A stretch of DNA of 64,000 nucleotides from an uncultured Thiomicrospira sp. GTDB lineage: Bacteria > Pseudomonadota > Gammaproteobacteria > CAKMZV01. How positions within the stretch are numbered: the first letter of the stretch is position 1; the number at the start of each line of letters is the position of its first letter. The DNA lies in contig OZ239628.1 of NCBI GenBank assembly GCA_965195345.1, positions 1,641,334 to 1,705,333 on the forward strand. Direction: 5' to 3'. Position numbers and translations under genes: made by a program. This document shows positions 39,554 to 49,791 of this stretch, one piece after another. The notes under the pieces are model-generated. The model saw nothing but the letters and a program-made list of their open reading frames with translations. It did no database searches and had not been told where the DNA came from.

Positions 39554-40229
39554 TCTCGTTTTACGTTGTGAGAATATTCAGAAAATATTTCCTCAATCTA
39601 CCGATGATTTACATGTGCTTAATGACATTTCTTTGCAACTGTACTCAGGAGAAAAAGTTGCCATTGTTGGCACGTCAGGAAGTGGAAAAACTACTTTACT
39701 TCAAATTCTTGGAGGACTGGATCATCCAACATCGGGCACTATATCTTTATGCAACGTAGACATAGGGAGCATTGACGATGAAAAAGCAAGTTTTCTACGT
39801 AATAAGCACTTGGGGTTTGTCTATCAACTACACCATCTATTACCCGAATTGACGGCAGTTGATAATGTTGCAATGCCGCTACTCATAGCAGGTAAAAGCT
39901 ATATGCAAGCCAAACTTGAAGCACACAAAACACTTGAATTAGTTGCGCTTGGAGATCGAGCAAATCACTATCCTTCTCAACTTTCAGGGGGAGAACGGCA
40001 ACGTACCGCCATTGCAAGAGCTATTGTAAATAAACCAACTTGCGTTTTAGCCGATGAACCAACCGGCAATTTAGACGAAAACAATGCGCTTCGTGTTATA
40101 GAATTGCTTGAAAAAATTTGTGCAGATCGAAAAATGGCTTTGATCCTTATAACACACGATGCAAATATCGCTAACCGTATGGATAAAATCTACCAAATAT
40201 CCTCAGGTAAACTAACATTAAAGTCATGA
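39546..40229 (+). CDS. lolD: Lipoprotein-releasing system ATP-binding protein LolD
   Basis: Near-identical blocks to E. coli LolD (GTSGSGKTTLLQILGGLD, LGFVYQLHHLLPELTAVDNVAMPLLI, LSGGERQR). The likely start is MNDLVLRCENIQ at 39546; the ORF call at 39510 is over-extended. Confidence 0.9.
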   Translation: MNDLVLRCENIQKIFPQSTDDLHVLNDISLQLYSGEKVAIVGTSGSGKTTLLQILGGLDHPTSGTISLCNVDIGSIDDEKASFLRNKHLGFVYQLHHLLPELTAVDNVAMPLLIAGKSYMQAKLEAHKTLELVALGDRANHYPSQLSGGERQRTAIARAIVNKPTCVLADEPTGNLDENNALRVIELLEKICADRKMALILITHDANIANRMDKIYQISSGKLTLKS

Positions 40230-41263
40230 GTGATGACCATTCCGTTTTTGATGAAGATATAGATATTATTGACGGCGAACTGTTGGATCCTAACTTTGAA
40301 GAAGAGGAAGAAGATGCATTCAGCCCTTCTGACGATAAACCCACCTTTACTAAGCTCAACAACCTAGACACTAATGATTCAGAATCAAAAGAATTAGAGG
40401 AGGAGTACCCTCTCGCCTCAAGCACCGACCTTGTCCCAAGCGGGCAATCTTTTTCTCACTACATCAATAACGTTAACAATGCACCTATTCTTACCTCCGA
40501 GCAAGAATGGGAATTAGCAAAAAAACTGCGTGAAGAAAATGATTTGGATGCTGCACAAAAACTTATTTTTTCTAACCTACGTCATGTGATTAGTATTGCT
40601 CGAAGTTATTCTGGTTACGGTTTATCATTACCTGACCTTGTGCAAGAAGGCAATGTTGGATTAATGAAGGCTGTTAAACGATATGACCCTGAAAAAAAAG
40701 TAAAACTGATGACTTTTGCTACACATTGGGTGCGTGCCGAGATCAATGAGTATGTGATCAAAAACTGGCAAATCGTTAAAATGGCAACGACTAAAGCGCA
40801 ACGTAAATTATTTTTCAAACTGCGATCGAGTCATTCCCGCATTGGTTGGATACAAACACATGAGGCAAAAAAAATCGCATCTGATTTGAACGTCCAATCT
40901 GCTGATGTTTATCAAATGGAAGAGCGCTTCACAAATTTGGACACTCCTTTTGACCTGCCAGTTGGAGAGAGTTCTGAATCCGACTTTTCGCCTGCTCAGT
41001 ATTTACCAGACTATCGTTTTTCCCCCGAACAGATTGTTACAAATGAAGATATATCTTCATTCCAAAATATGCATTTGGCTCAAGGCTTAGAAGAACTGGA
41101 TGAGAGAAGTCGCAACATAATTGAAGATCGATGGTTCACTGATGAAAAAATGACGTTACGCGAATTGTCCAAAAAGTATAATGTCTCTATTGAACGTATA
41201 CGTCAATTAGAAACAAAAGCAATGGAAACATTGAGAAAGCATCTGGAGAAAGAAAGAAAATGA
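40226..41263 (+). CDS. rpoH: RNA polymerase sigma-32 factor RpoH with an acidic N-terminal extension
   Basis: RpoH box QRKLFFKLR, region 2 (LPDLVQEGNVGLMKAV) and region 4. It is 345 aa against about 284 in E. coli; the extra N-terminal roughly 45-60 aa is rich in D/E. The ATG overlaps the lolD stop (ATGA). Confidence 0.85.
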   Translation: MSDDHSVFDEDIDIIDGELLDPNFEEEEEDAFSPSDDKPTFTKLNNLDTNDSESKELEEEYPLASSTDLVPSGQSFSHYINNVNNAPILTSEQEWELAKKLREENDLDAAQKLIFSNLRHVISIARSYSGYGLSLPDLVQEGNVGLMKAVKRYDPEKKVKLMTFATHWVRAEINEYVIKNWQIVKMATTKAQRKLFFKLRSSHSRIGWIQTHEAKKIASDLNVQSADVYQMEERFTNLDTPFDLPVGESSESDFSPAQYLPDYRFSPEQIVTNEDISSFQNMHLAQGLEELDERSRNIIEDRWFTDEKMTLRELSKKYNVSIERIRQLETKAMETLRKHLEKERK

Positions 41264-42291
41264 TCAACGTCGCTGTAGTTGGAGGAACTGGCTATACTGG
41301 TATTGAGCTATTGAGAATCCTTCTCCAACATCCGCAAGTAAATATTCGCCACATCACTTCGCGTGCTGAAAATGGCAAAAAAGTTACCCAAACATTTCCT
41401 TCTTTAAACGGATTAACCGATTTGGCGTTTAGCTTACCCGATATTGAAAAATTGAGTACGTGTGATGTTGTGTTTTTTGCCACTCCGCATGGCGTAGCAA
41501 TGGAACAGACGCCTGAAATAATCAAAAAAGGATGTAAGGTGATTGACCTATCGGCTGACTTTAGGTTGAAAGACACGGATACTTTTCAAAATTGGTACAA
41601 CATGGCGCATACGTGTCCTGATGTTCTTGCCAACAGCGTCTATGGTCTTCCCGAATTCAATCGTGAAGAAATCAAATCAGCTTCTGTTGTCGCTAATCCT
41701 GGATGCTACCCAACCGCTTCACAGTTAGCAGTCAAGCCATTGCTTGAAGCAGGACTTATCGACCATTCATCAATAATAATTGATGCCAAATCAGGGATCA
41801 GTGGTGCAGGAAGAGAAGCGAAAGTGAGCTCTTTATATGCAGAAGTTTCTGAAAGCTTTACAGCTTATGGAATGGATGGACACCGCCATTGGCCAGAGAT
41901 TACTCAGACTTTGAGTGACATATCATCATCGCCAGTCAGTATTGTATTCATACCCCATCTTGTGCCGATGAACCGTGGAATTGAAGCCACTATTTATGCC
42001 AAACTCATTGATGATGTTTCTGAAAGTACACTGATGGGTATATTGCATAGTGCTTATAAAGATGAGCCTTTCGTGGATGTCGTTAATACTATCCCAAATA
42101 CGCGCAGTGTGCGTGGATCAAATTTATGCCGTATCAGCTTAAGACGACCAAGAAAAATCAGCACAGTCGTTATTACCGCAGTCATTGACAATTTAGTCAA
42201 AGGTGCCTCTGGTCAAGCCGTTCAAAACATGAACATCATGTTTGGACTGGAAGAGACTTGTGGACTCCAGCACATTCCCTTGTCACCATAG
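41260..42291 (+). CDS. argC: N-acetyl-gamma-glutamyl-phosphate reductase
   Basis: MINVAVVGGTGYTGIELLRIL Rossmann N-terminus and a catalytic Cys region (NPGCYPTA). Confidence 0.85.
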   Translation: MINVAVVGGTGYTGIELLRILLQHPQVNIRHITSRAENGKKVTQTFPSLNGLTDLAFSLPDIEKLSTCDVVFFATPHGVAMEQTPEIIKKGCKVIDLSADFRLKDTDTFQNWYNMAHTCPDVLANSVYGLPEFNREEIKSASVVANPGCYPTASQLAVKPLLEAGLIDHSSIIIDAKSGISGAGREAKVSSLYAEVSESFTAYGMDGHRHWPEITQTLSDISSSPVSIVFIPHLVPMNRGIEATIYAKLIDDVSESTLMGILHSAYKDEPFVDVVNTIPNTRSVRGSNLCRISLRRPRKISTVVITAVIDNLVKGASGQAVQNMNIMFGLEETCGLQHIPLSP

Positions 42292-42331
42292 CACTTGATG
42301 GCTAAGGCATATTTTCGAAAACTTTTTAGAT

Positions 42332-44320
42332 TTGAATTTTAGAGTCTCCAAAGTAATCGTTTTTTTCCGCCCTCCTCTTGAAGGCATTTACGACTACATA
42401 ATTCCAACAGGAATGCACCTGTCGATAGGTCAGCGAGTTAAAGTCCCTTTTGGCGATCGTAATCTTAAAGGAGTGGTTTTTTCTTTAGAAAAAGAAAGCC
42501 ATTTACCTGATGAAAGATTACGTTCGATACTAAGCACCTTTGATGATGATCCGCCAATTGCGCGTTATATGATTGAATTGGTAAATTGGATTTCCAAATA
42601 TTATCATTGTCAATTAATTCAAAGTTGGCGTTTATTATTTCCATCCGGTTTACTCAGCACTCCTTCGTTAAAACTTCTCCATGAAAACAGTTTGCAAATA
42701 AATAATTGGTCTTTGCCACCTCTTAATGAATATCAACAAAAAGTGATGGATTCTCTGCAGTCCAACGATTCAAAAAAAAAACCGATGGTCACTTTATTAG
42801 AAGGTGTAACAAATAGTGGTAAAACGCGCATTTACCAGCACCTTGCAGCGCGTGCAATGACAAAGAATCAGCAAGTGTTGCTCCTTATTCCTGAAATTGG
42901 TTTGTCATCACAAAATCTTAAGCGATTTTCCAATATTTTTACAGGGTCGGTCTATCTCTATCATTCTGGAATGACTGCTCGTGATCGTGCTGCAGCATGG
43001 AAGGCTGCTTTGAATGGTGTAAGTGGTGTTTTTATTGGCACTCGCTCAGCTCTTTTTTTACCATTAAGTAGTCCAGGGATTTATATATTGGATGAGGAAC
43101 ATGACGCTTCCTACATCAATCAAAATCAGCCTTTTTACAATACACGCAACGTATTGATTATGCGCTCTAAGCTGTCAAATGTGCCTGTACTTCTTGGCAC
43201 CGCAACTCCTTCATTAGAAGTACTAAAACATTCTTTAAGCAACCATTACCAACATCTTCGCTTGACACAAAAAACTTACGCGGATAAGCCAATAGAAATA
43301 AAGCTCATCGATTTACGTGGTGCTAAGAATCACGGAGGCGTTTCGCCTCAAATGCTCACTCTAATGCGTGAGCATCTGGAAAATGGCAATCAAGTGATGC
43401 TGTTCCTTAACCGTAGAGGTTTTGCCCCTGTTCGCATCTGCCACGAGTGTGGACATATTGAGAAATGTCCAAAATGCGACCGTTCCCCCACTTACCATAA
43501 AAAATCAAACATGCTTATTTGTCATATGTGTCAATGGCAAAAATCTATTGATGACAATTGCCTGCAATGCGATGGCAATCAATTTATCACTCTGGGGCAC
43601 GGCACTGAACGCGTTTACTCTTATATTCAAAAACAGTTCCCTAATGTAGAAATTTCTCAAATAGATCGAGATACTATAAAAAATATAGCCGAATTTAACA
43701 CAATTCTTTCACAAATCCAAGAAAATAAAATTCGCATTATTATTGGCACTCAAATGCTAAGTAAAGGGCATCATTTGCCAAATTTAACTTTGGTGGGCAT
43801 ACTTGATGCAGATCAAGGACTAATGAGTTCGGATTTTCGAGCACACGAACACATCGGTCAACAGCTTGAGCAAGTAAGTGGGCGCTCTGGTAGAAATAAG
43901 CAAGGTTGCGTTGCTATACAAACACATCAGCCACGACATCCTGTTATCACAGCTTGGCTAAGAGGTGGATACTATGCTCTCAGTCGCAAACTATTACAAC
44001 AACGCTTTGAAGCTCAATTACCTCCTTATTGGCATCAAGCAGTCGTGCGTGTTGAGTCAAAAGATCCCACTGACGCAAGTACTTATTTGAATAATCTTTT
44101 GCAGGTGCTTCCTCAATCAAATTCTTTATTTATTTCTAACCCGACGATTGCTCCTATCGAAAAAATATCTGGAAGATGGCGCTGGTTGCTAATGATGGAA
44201 GGTAATTCAAGAGTCGCTTTACACAATGCACTACGAGTTGCTCGCTCCCACATAGATAACAGCCCTCACCCTAAAGGGTTGCGATGTCACATCATCGTTG
44301 ACCCTCCAACACTGAGTTAA
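42332..44320 (+). CDS. priA: Primosomal protein N' (replication restart helicase PriA)
   Basis: 3'-DNA-binding N-domain, a DEEH helicase (GVTNSGKT, DEEHD) and a Cys-rich zinc-binding insert (CHECGH…CPKCD…CHMC…CLQC). Confidence 0.85.
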   Translation: MNFRVSKVIVFFRPPLEGIYDYIIPTGMHLSIGQRVKVPFGDRNLKGVVFSLEKESHLPDERLRSILSTFDDDPPIARYMIELVNWISKYYHCQLIQSWRLLFPSGLLSTPSLKLLHENSLQINNWSLPPLNEYQQKVMDSLQSNDSKKKPMVTLLEGVTNSGKTRIYQHLAARAMTKNQQVLLLIPEIGLSSQNLKRFSNIFTGSVYLYHSGMTARDRAAAWKAALNGVSGVFIGTRSALFLPLSSPGIYILDEEHDASYINQNQPFYNTRNVLIMRSKLSNVPVLLGTATPSLEVLKHSLSNHYQHLRLTQKTYADKPIEIKLIDLRGAKNHGGVSPQMLTLMREHLENGNQVMLFLNRRGFAPVRICHECGHIEKCPKCDRSPTYHKKSNMLICHMCQWQKSIDDNCLQCDGNQFITLGHGTERVYSYIQKQFPNVEISQIDRDTIKNIAEFNTILSQIQENKIRIIIGTQMLSKGHHLPNLTLVGILDADQGLMSSDFRAHEHIGQQLEQVSGRSGRNKQGCVAIQTHQPRHPVITAWLRGGYYALSRKLLQQRFEAQLPPYWHQAVVRVESKDPTDASTYLNNLLQVLPQSNSLFISNPTIAPIEKISGRWRWLLMMEGNSRVALHNALRVARSHIDNSPHPKGLRCHIIVDPPTLS

Positions 44321-44427
44321 AATACTTGCTTTAATGAAAAGTGATAGTTTCAAACGTATGGATAGGGAATAGGAAGAATACAGCTATAGAGAGGGTATAA
44401 TGATCGCTTACACTAAATGGTTAAAAA

Positions 44428-45096
44428 ATGAGTAAAATTGTTCAAAAAAAAGGTTCTATTCGAAGGCATATAATCTCTGGATTATTAATCTGGGTACCTT
44501 TAGCCGCAACCTTCATTACATTTCGATTTGTCATCAATTTGTTCGATAGTTTATTGCTGTACCTTCCTCCACAATGGCAACCCGAGGAATGGTTAAAGTA
44601 CGATGTACCTGGAATTGGGCTTATTCTTTCTATTATTCTTATCTACATTACCGGCGTTATCGCATCAAACTACTTTGGAAATCGAATAGTTGGTTTTTGG
44701 GAGAATTTGTTAAATAAAATACCATTTTTTAGCACTTTATACAAAGGAATAAAGCAGATGACAGAAGCCATTTTCACTGCAGGAGATGGCAGCTTTTCAA
44801 AAGTCTATATGATTGAATATCCAAAAGATGGGCTTTGGACTTTGGCTTTTGAAACATCGCGGAAAAAAGGGGAAGCTCAAAAGAAAGTTGGAGGAGAAGA
44901 TATTGTCAATCTGTTTGTTCCAACCACTCCTAATCCAACATCAGGTTACTTTATTATGATAAACCTAGATAAGGCCGTTGAATTAGACATGAGCGTTGAT
45001 GAAGCATTGAAGATGATTGTTTCAGGCGGTGTATATGTACCAGACAGTAGTATAAACAAAAATAAAAAAAATAAAAGTACCGAAGATGAGAAATGA
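44428..45096 (+). CDS. DUF502 family membrane protein
   Basis: Two N-terminal TM helices followed by a conserved soluble domain. The pattern is consistent with DUF502. It overlaps the aspS start by 11 nt. Confidence 0.5.
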   Translation: MSKIVQKKGSIRRHIISGLLIWVPLAATFITFRFVINLFDSLLLYLPPQWQPEEWLKYDVPGIGLILSIILIYITGVIASNYFGNRIVGFWENLLNKIPFFSTLYKGIKQMTEAIFTAGDGSFSKVYMIEYPKDGLWTLAFETSRKKGEAQKKVGGEDIVNLFVPTTPNPTSGYFIMINLDKAVELDMSVDEALKMIVSGGVYVPDSSINKNKKNKSTEDEK

Positions 45097-46852
45097 ATAT
45101 TGTAGTGACATAAATGCTGAAAAAATAGGAAAACAGCGAACGGTTAGTGGCTGGGTTCATTCAGAACGAGATCATGGTGGCGTTATTTTCATTGATTTAC
45201 GCGATGCCTCTGGGATTCTTCAAATCGTTGTTAATCCGCAATTGCCCGATGTTTTTGCTATTGCTGAAAAACTGCGTAGTGAATGCGTTATTCAAGTCAC
45301 TGGATTAGTACGTCAAAGACCCCAAGGTACTATCAATGAAGAGCTGCTAAGCGGTGAAGTTGAACTGGTGGCTGAAGACTTGCAATTGCTCAATGAATCC
45401 GAAGCACTCCCCTTTCAATTGGACGACAATGTTTCTGAAGAGATTCGTTTAAAATTCCGTTACTTGGATTTGCGTACGCCACGTATGCAAAAAAATATTC
45501 GCTTACGCCATAACATTACTAAAGCAGTGCGGAATTATCTTGAAGAACATGAGTTCATTGATATTGAAACACCTTATTTGACTTTATCAACACCAGAAGG
45601 AGCGCGCGATTATCTGGTTCCAAGTCGCGTACAAAAGGGTTCTTTTTTTGCTCTTCCTCAATCGCCACAATTGTTTAAGCAATTATTAATGATGGGAGGC
45701 TTTGATCGATATTACCAAATTACTCGCTGCTTTCGTGATGAAGATTTACGTGCTGATCGTCAACCAGAATTTACCCAGATTGATATTGAAACGGCGTTTT
45801 TGACTCAACAACAAATAACTTCATATATGGAAGGCATGGTACGTACTTTATTCCACAAAGTACTTGATATTGATCTGCCCAATTTTCCAATTATTCCATA
45901 TGCAGAGGCAATGCAAAAGTACGGCACAGACCGCCCTGACTTGCGTATTCAAGGCCTTGAGATTGTCGATGTTGCCGACTTATTAAAAAACGTTGATTTC
46001 AAAGTTTTTTCTGAGCCTGCAAACAATCCTAAAGGGCGTGTTGCAGCAATTAAAGTACCAAAAGGCAACGATATTACGCGTAAAGAAATTGATGCCTATA
46101 CTGATTTTGTTGGCATATACGGAGCAAAAGGCCTCGCTTATATCAAAGTAAATGATAAATCCATGGGCGTTGAAGGTTTGCAGTCACCTATTATTAAATT
46201 CATGCAGGAGGCTTCTGTATCGATTGTTGACCGTTTAGGAGCAGAGGACGGGGACTTAATATTTTTCGGTGCTGATAAAAAAAAGGTTGTCAATGAGTCA
46301 CTTGCCGCTTTAAGAGTTCGATTGGCGAATGATAGAGGCTTACTTGAAGGACAGTGGGCAGCAGCTTGGGTAGTTGATTTTCCTATGTTTGAAGAAGATG
46401 AAAAAGGTCAATTAAATGCAATCCATCATCCTTTTACTGCTCCGTGTTTATCTTTTGAGGAAATGGCAAAGGTTGATAATCCAGTTGACTTGAATTCTCA
46501 AGCTTATGATATGGTCATCAACGGATTAGAAGTGGGAGGTGGTTCTATTCGGATTCATCACCACGGTGTACAATCAAAAATTTTTGAGTGGCTAAATATT
46601 AGCCCTGAAGAATCTGAGAAAAAATTTGGTTTCCTATTGAATGCTTTGCGTTACGGCTGCCCTCCTCACGGAGGGATGGCGTTTGGTTTGGATCGATTAA
46701 CTATGCTGATGACAGGTGAGGACAGTATCAGAAATGTCATTGCTTTCCCCAAAACACAATCATCAACTTGTTTGCTCACCAGTGCTCCAAGCGCTGTTGA
46801 TAAAGTCCAATTACGCGATCTTGGGATTGCACTCAACCAAAAGAAAACATGA
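45086..46852 (+). CDS. aspS: Aspartate--tRNA ligase
   Basis: 588 aa class IIb aaRS with an OB anticodon-binding domain, an insertion domain and motifs 1-3 ([26 protein letters not shown]). Confidence 0.9.
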   Translation: MRNEYCSDINAEKIGKQRTVSGWVHSERDHGGVIFIDLRDASGILQIVVNPQLPDVFAIAEKLRSECVIQVTGLVRQRPQGTINEELLSGEVELVAEDLQLLNESEALPFQLDDNVSEEIRLKFRYLDLRTPRMQKNIRLRHNITKAVRNYLEEHEFIDIETPYLTLSTPEGARDYLVPSRVQKGSFFALPQSPQLFKQLLMMGGFDRYYQITRCFRDEDLRADRQPEFTQIDIETAFLTQQQITSYMEGMVRTLFHKVLDIDLPNFPIIPYAEAMQKYGTDRPDLRIQGLEIVDVADLLKNVDFKVFSEPANNPKGRVAAIKVPKGNDITRKEIDAYTDFVGIYGAKGLAYIKVNDKSMGVEGLQSPIIKFMQEASVSIVDRLGAEDGDLIFFGADKKKVVNESLAALRVRLANDRGLLEGQWAAAWVVDFPMFEEDEKGQLNAIHHPFTAPCLSFEEMAKVDNPVDLNSQAYDMVINGLEVGGGSIRIHHHGVQSKIFEWLNISPEESEKKFGFLLNALRYGCPPHGGMAFGLDRLTMLMTGEDSIRNVIAFPKTQSSTCLLTSAPSAVDKVQLRDLGIALNQKKT

Positions 46853-47126
46853 ATACTTCTTTCTTTCCCTTTAGGATAGATTCAATATAATTATCACTGA
46901 AAAATAAGCTCAGCACGCTTATAGCAATGCTCATTCTCTCCTCTTGCAATTTTGCAACGCAGCAAGCGTATTGATGGATTTTTTTGGGTAAGGTTTAGTA
47001 AGAAAGTTGTCCTAGACAATAAAATCTCTCCCTGCCTTTGGGAGTACTCCCCATTGAAAGAAGGAGAAAAAACCCTTGTTTCGACAATCCCTTCCAAATA
47101 AAAAAAATTAAAGAAAAGTTAAGCGT

Positions 47127-48065
47127 TCATTCGTCAAATACTTCGATAACCCCTGTTACTTCTCCTGATTTAGAAGTAGCCACCAACTGTTTAATTCTTT
47201 TCTGACGCATCAACATCTCGGCTTCGGCAAATTTTGCATTTTCATTTATCATAATCGGGGCAACCGCCATAAATTCATCAATAGGTTTGCGTAGCGCCAA
47301 CTCATCAACTAATAACGAACGCCGTAAGTCGCCATCGGTCATGATTCCTTCTAATTTTTTGCCTTGCATTATTAAACAAAGCCCCAACCTGCCTTTGGAC
47401 ATTACGACAAGCGCATCGCTGAGCAATGTTCCACTTTCAACATAGGGCAGTGGAGGAGTGTGCATGATGTCTTTGACTTGTGTAACCAATCGCTTTCCAA
47501 GTGCACCTCCAGGGTGAAATCGTGCAAAATCAGCCTCTTTAAATTGACGTGCCTCAATTAATGCTACTGTAATAGCATCACCTAAAGCCATCGTTTGTAA
47601 AGTTGATGTTGTCGGAGCAAGGTTATTAGGACAAAACTCCGTTTCATAGTTTAAATTGAGCACTACTTCTGAGGATCGAGCTATGGTTGAATTAATATTT
47701 CCTAGTAAACTTATTATTGGATTTTTTCGTCTTTCAAGACTCGGCATAATACTAAGCAATTCGCTCGTTTCCCCGCTATTCGACACGAGTAATATAGTAT
47801 CGTGATCGGTAATCATCCCTAAATCCCCATGCAACGCCTCGCTTGGATGCATAAAGAAACTTGGTGTACCAGTCGAAGCTAATGAAGAAGAAATTTTCTG
47901 TGCTATTAATCCTGATTTTCCAATACCACTAATAATCAAATGTCCTTTGGTTTTTAAAATCATTTCAACGGCTTTATCGAATGCCGTTTCATTGTTATCA
48001 GCTAATCTTTTGAGATTTTCTGAAAAATGTTCAGATGCCTGCTTGAGGTATTTGCTGTGAGACAT
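47127..48065 (-). CDS. kdsD: D-arabinose 5-phosphate isomerase (KdsD/KpsF/GutQ family; SIS plus tandem CBS)
   Basis: SIS domain (GIGKSG, SNSGET) and two CBS domains. Confidence 0.75.
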   Translation of the reverse strand: MSHSKYLKQASEHFSENLKRLADNNETAFDKAVEMILKTKGHLIISGIGKSGLIAQKISSSLASTGTPSFFMHPSEALHGDLGMITDHDTILLVSNSGETSELLSIMPSLERRKNPIISLLGNINSTIARSSEVVLNLNYETEFCPNNLAPTTSTLQTMALGDAITVALIEARQFKEADFARFHPGGALGKRLVTQVKDIMHTPPLPYVESGTLLSDALVVMSKGRLGLCLIMQGKKLEGIMTDGDLRRSLLVDELALRKPIDEFMAVAPIMINENAKFAEAEMLMRQKRIKQLVATSKSGEVTGVIEVFDE

Positions 48066-49045
48066 TACAACAATTTGTCCAATTCATTTTGCGCTAAAGT
48101 TGCCACTGTTGTATCTTGGTATTCAAAAACAACCTGATTAAAGATTACCTTTGCTTCATCTATTCTTCTCAGTTCAAGCAAACTCATTCCTTTTTTAAAA
48201 AGACTTTCGTCAATCCTATCGCTATCGGGATAGGTTGCCAAAACAAATTCATATCCTTCAAGCGAAGTTTGATATTGTCCTTGCACATAATATGCTTCTG
48301 CCAGCCAATAGGCTGCTTGAGGGGAAAAAAGACTGTTTGGGTATTTTTTTAAGTATCTCTTAAAACCGTAAATTGCTAATGCATATTCTCGGTTCAACAA
48401 AAATTCAAAGACCACATCATATTCTGCTTCTTGTTGTTTTCGTAAAAAGATTAAATCGATGTCAGCGTCATTTACTTCCTCATCAACTTCCTCGTCATCT
48501 GTTGCTTCGATGTTCCAATCAATAATAGTGCTTTGATCTGGAAAACCTTCCTCTGACTGTCGACCACTTAAAAGTGATACGTGTGGCATTTCATCCAAGC
48601 TTGGATCATCCCCGATTTTTGCCTTCTCTTCATCAGCCAATAACAGTTCTAACGGATTGGGTTCCTTAAAAGTATTCGTTGAATTTTTTATTGAATCTAT
48701 TTGACTTGATGTACCAGTCGAATCAGTCAATTTTGGAAGTAGTGGCTTAGCAATTTCAGTTGATGAATCGTTGGATTCCACCACTACCCCTGAAGCGATC
48801 ATTTTTTCGAGCCCATTTATTCTTTCCTCTAATACTTTTTGCCTCTGCTTATTGCTCTTCTTTTCTTCCTGCAATTCAAGGTATAAAGTTTCTATTTGAT
48901 TAAGTAAGTCGTTAATCCTTAATCGATTTTGCTGAAACTGATTAAACAACAATTTATTAGAATTTTCTTCAGCAATAGCATTTATAGGTGCTAAGGCACT
49001 CACTGCAGATATTGCCAACGTTATGGCAAGTAATGTAAACTTCAT
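48065..49045 (-). CDS. cpoB: Cell division coordinator CpoB (YbgF), coiled-coil plus TPR
   Basis: Signal peptide, an N-terminal coiled coil, C-terminal TPR repeats (AAYWLAEAYYVQGQY…), and its position immediately after pal. Confidence 0.7.
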   Translation of the reverse strand: MKFTLLAITLAISAVSALAPINAIAEENSNKLLFNQFQQNRLRINDLLNQIETLYLELQEEKKSNKQRQKVLEERINGLEKMIASGVVVESNDSSTEIAKPLLPKLTDSTGTSSQIDSIKNSTNTFKEPNPLELLLADEEKAKIGDDPSLDEMPHVSLLSGRQSEEGFPDQSTIIDWNIEATDDEEVDEEVNDADIDLIFLRKQQEAEYDVVFEFLLNREYALAIYGFKRYLKKYPNSLFSPQAAYWLAEAYYVQGQYQTSLEGYEFVLATYPDSDRIDESLFKKGMSLLELRRIDEAKVIFNQVVFEYQDTTVATLAQNELDKLL

Positions 49046-49106
49046 ATAGACAATAGCGGTTATTGATTTTTTTTGATGTCGAAATGGCGCTTAAATCATT
49101 TATAAA

Positions 49107-49772
49107 CTACTGATAATACAGTTCAACTCTGCGATTGTATTGCCAATAAATTTCTTCATGACCCGTTAGTATAGGACGCTCTTCGCCATACGTTTGAACT
49201 TCTATTCGCGAGGCGTCTACTCCTAATGTCAATAGAAAGTCTTTTACGCTTTCTGCACGCCTTTGCCCAAGCGATAGATTGTATTCTCTGGAACCACGTT
49301 CATCTGTATGTCCTTCAAGTAATACTTTTAAGTTTGTACTTTTGTTTATATATTCAGCATGTTCCCTCAAGATATTTTTACTATTATCTGTAATGGCATC
49401 GCTATCATACGAAAAATAAATCGTCGGTTCAAGCCCTATAGAACGGATTGTTTCACCACTTAGCTTACGCCCAGAGTCCAGCTGTTCCTCTGATAATAAA
49501 AATAGCTTTTCTGGATCAACCGTTTCTCCTGCCGCTTTCGAATTCTCAATTTCATCTAGAATGGCAGCCGGCCAGTTATTCTCTAATGGATTTGCTTTAG
49601 GAGGTTCTGGTTCTGGAATAGGCTCAGGTATTAACTCTATCTCTTCTTGCTCCACTTCTGCAATTATTTCTGCTTGAGTCGGTTCTTCTTCAATAACTTC
49701 TTCCTTTACAGGCATCGTACAACCAACAATCAAACCTAAAAGAGCTATACTGGTCAATTGAAAAAATTTCAT
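49107..49772 (-). CDS. pal: Peptidoglycan-associated lipoprotein Pal
   Basis: Lipobox LIVGC and a C-terminal OmpA-like domain (GHTDERGSREYNLSLGQRRAESV). Confidence 0.85.
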   Translation of the reverse strand: MKFFQLTSIALLGLIVGCTMPVKEEVIEEEPTQAEIIAEVEQEEIELIPEPIPEPEPPKANPLENNWPAAILDEIENSKAAGETVDPEKLFLLSEEQLDSGRKLSGETIRSIGLEPTIYFSYDSDAITDNSKNILREHAEYINKSTNLKVLLEGHTDERGSREYNLSLGQRRAESVKDFLLTLGVDASRIEVQTYGEERPILTGHEEIYWQYNRRVELYYQ

Positions 49773-49791
49773 ATAATTTTACCTTTTCCTT

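Noticed and set aside
46894-47097. 67-aa ORF in the aspS-kdsD intergenic region
   Set aside because: No RBS, no signal or conservation cues, and it lies across a terminator-like convergent spacer. Most likely non-coding.
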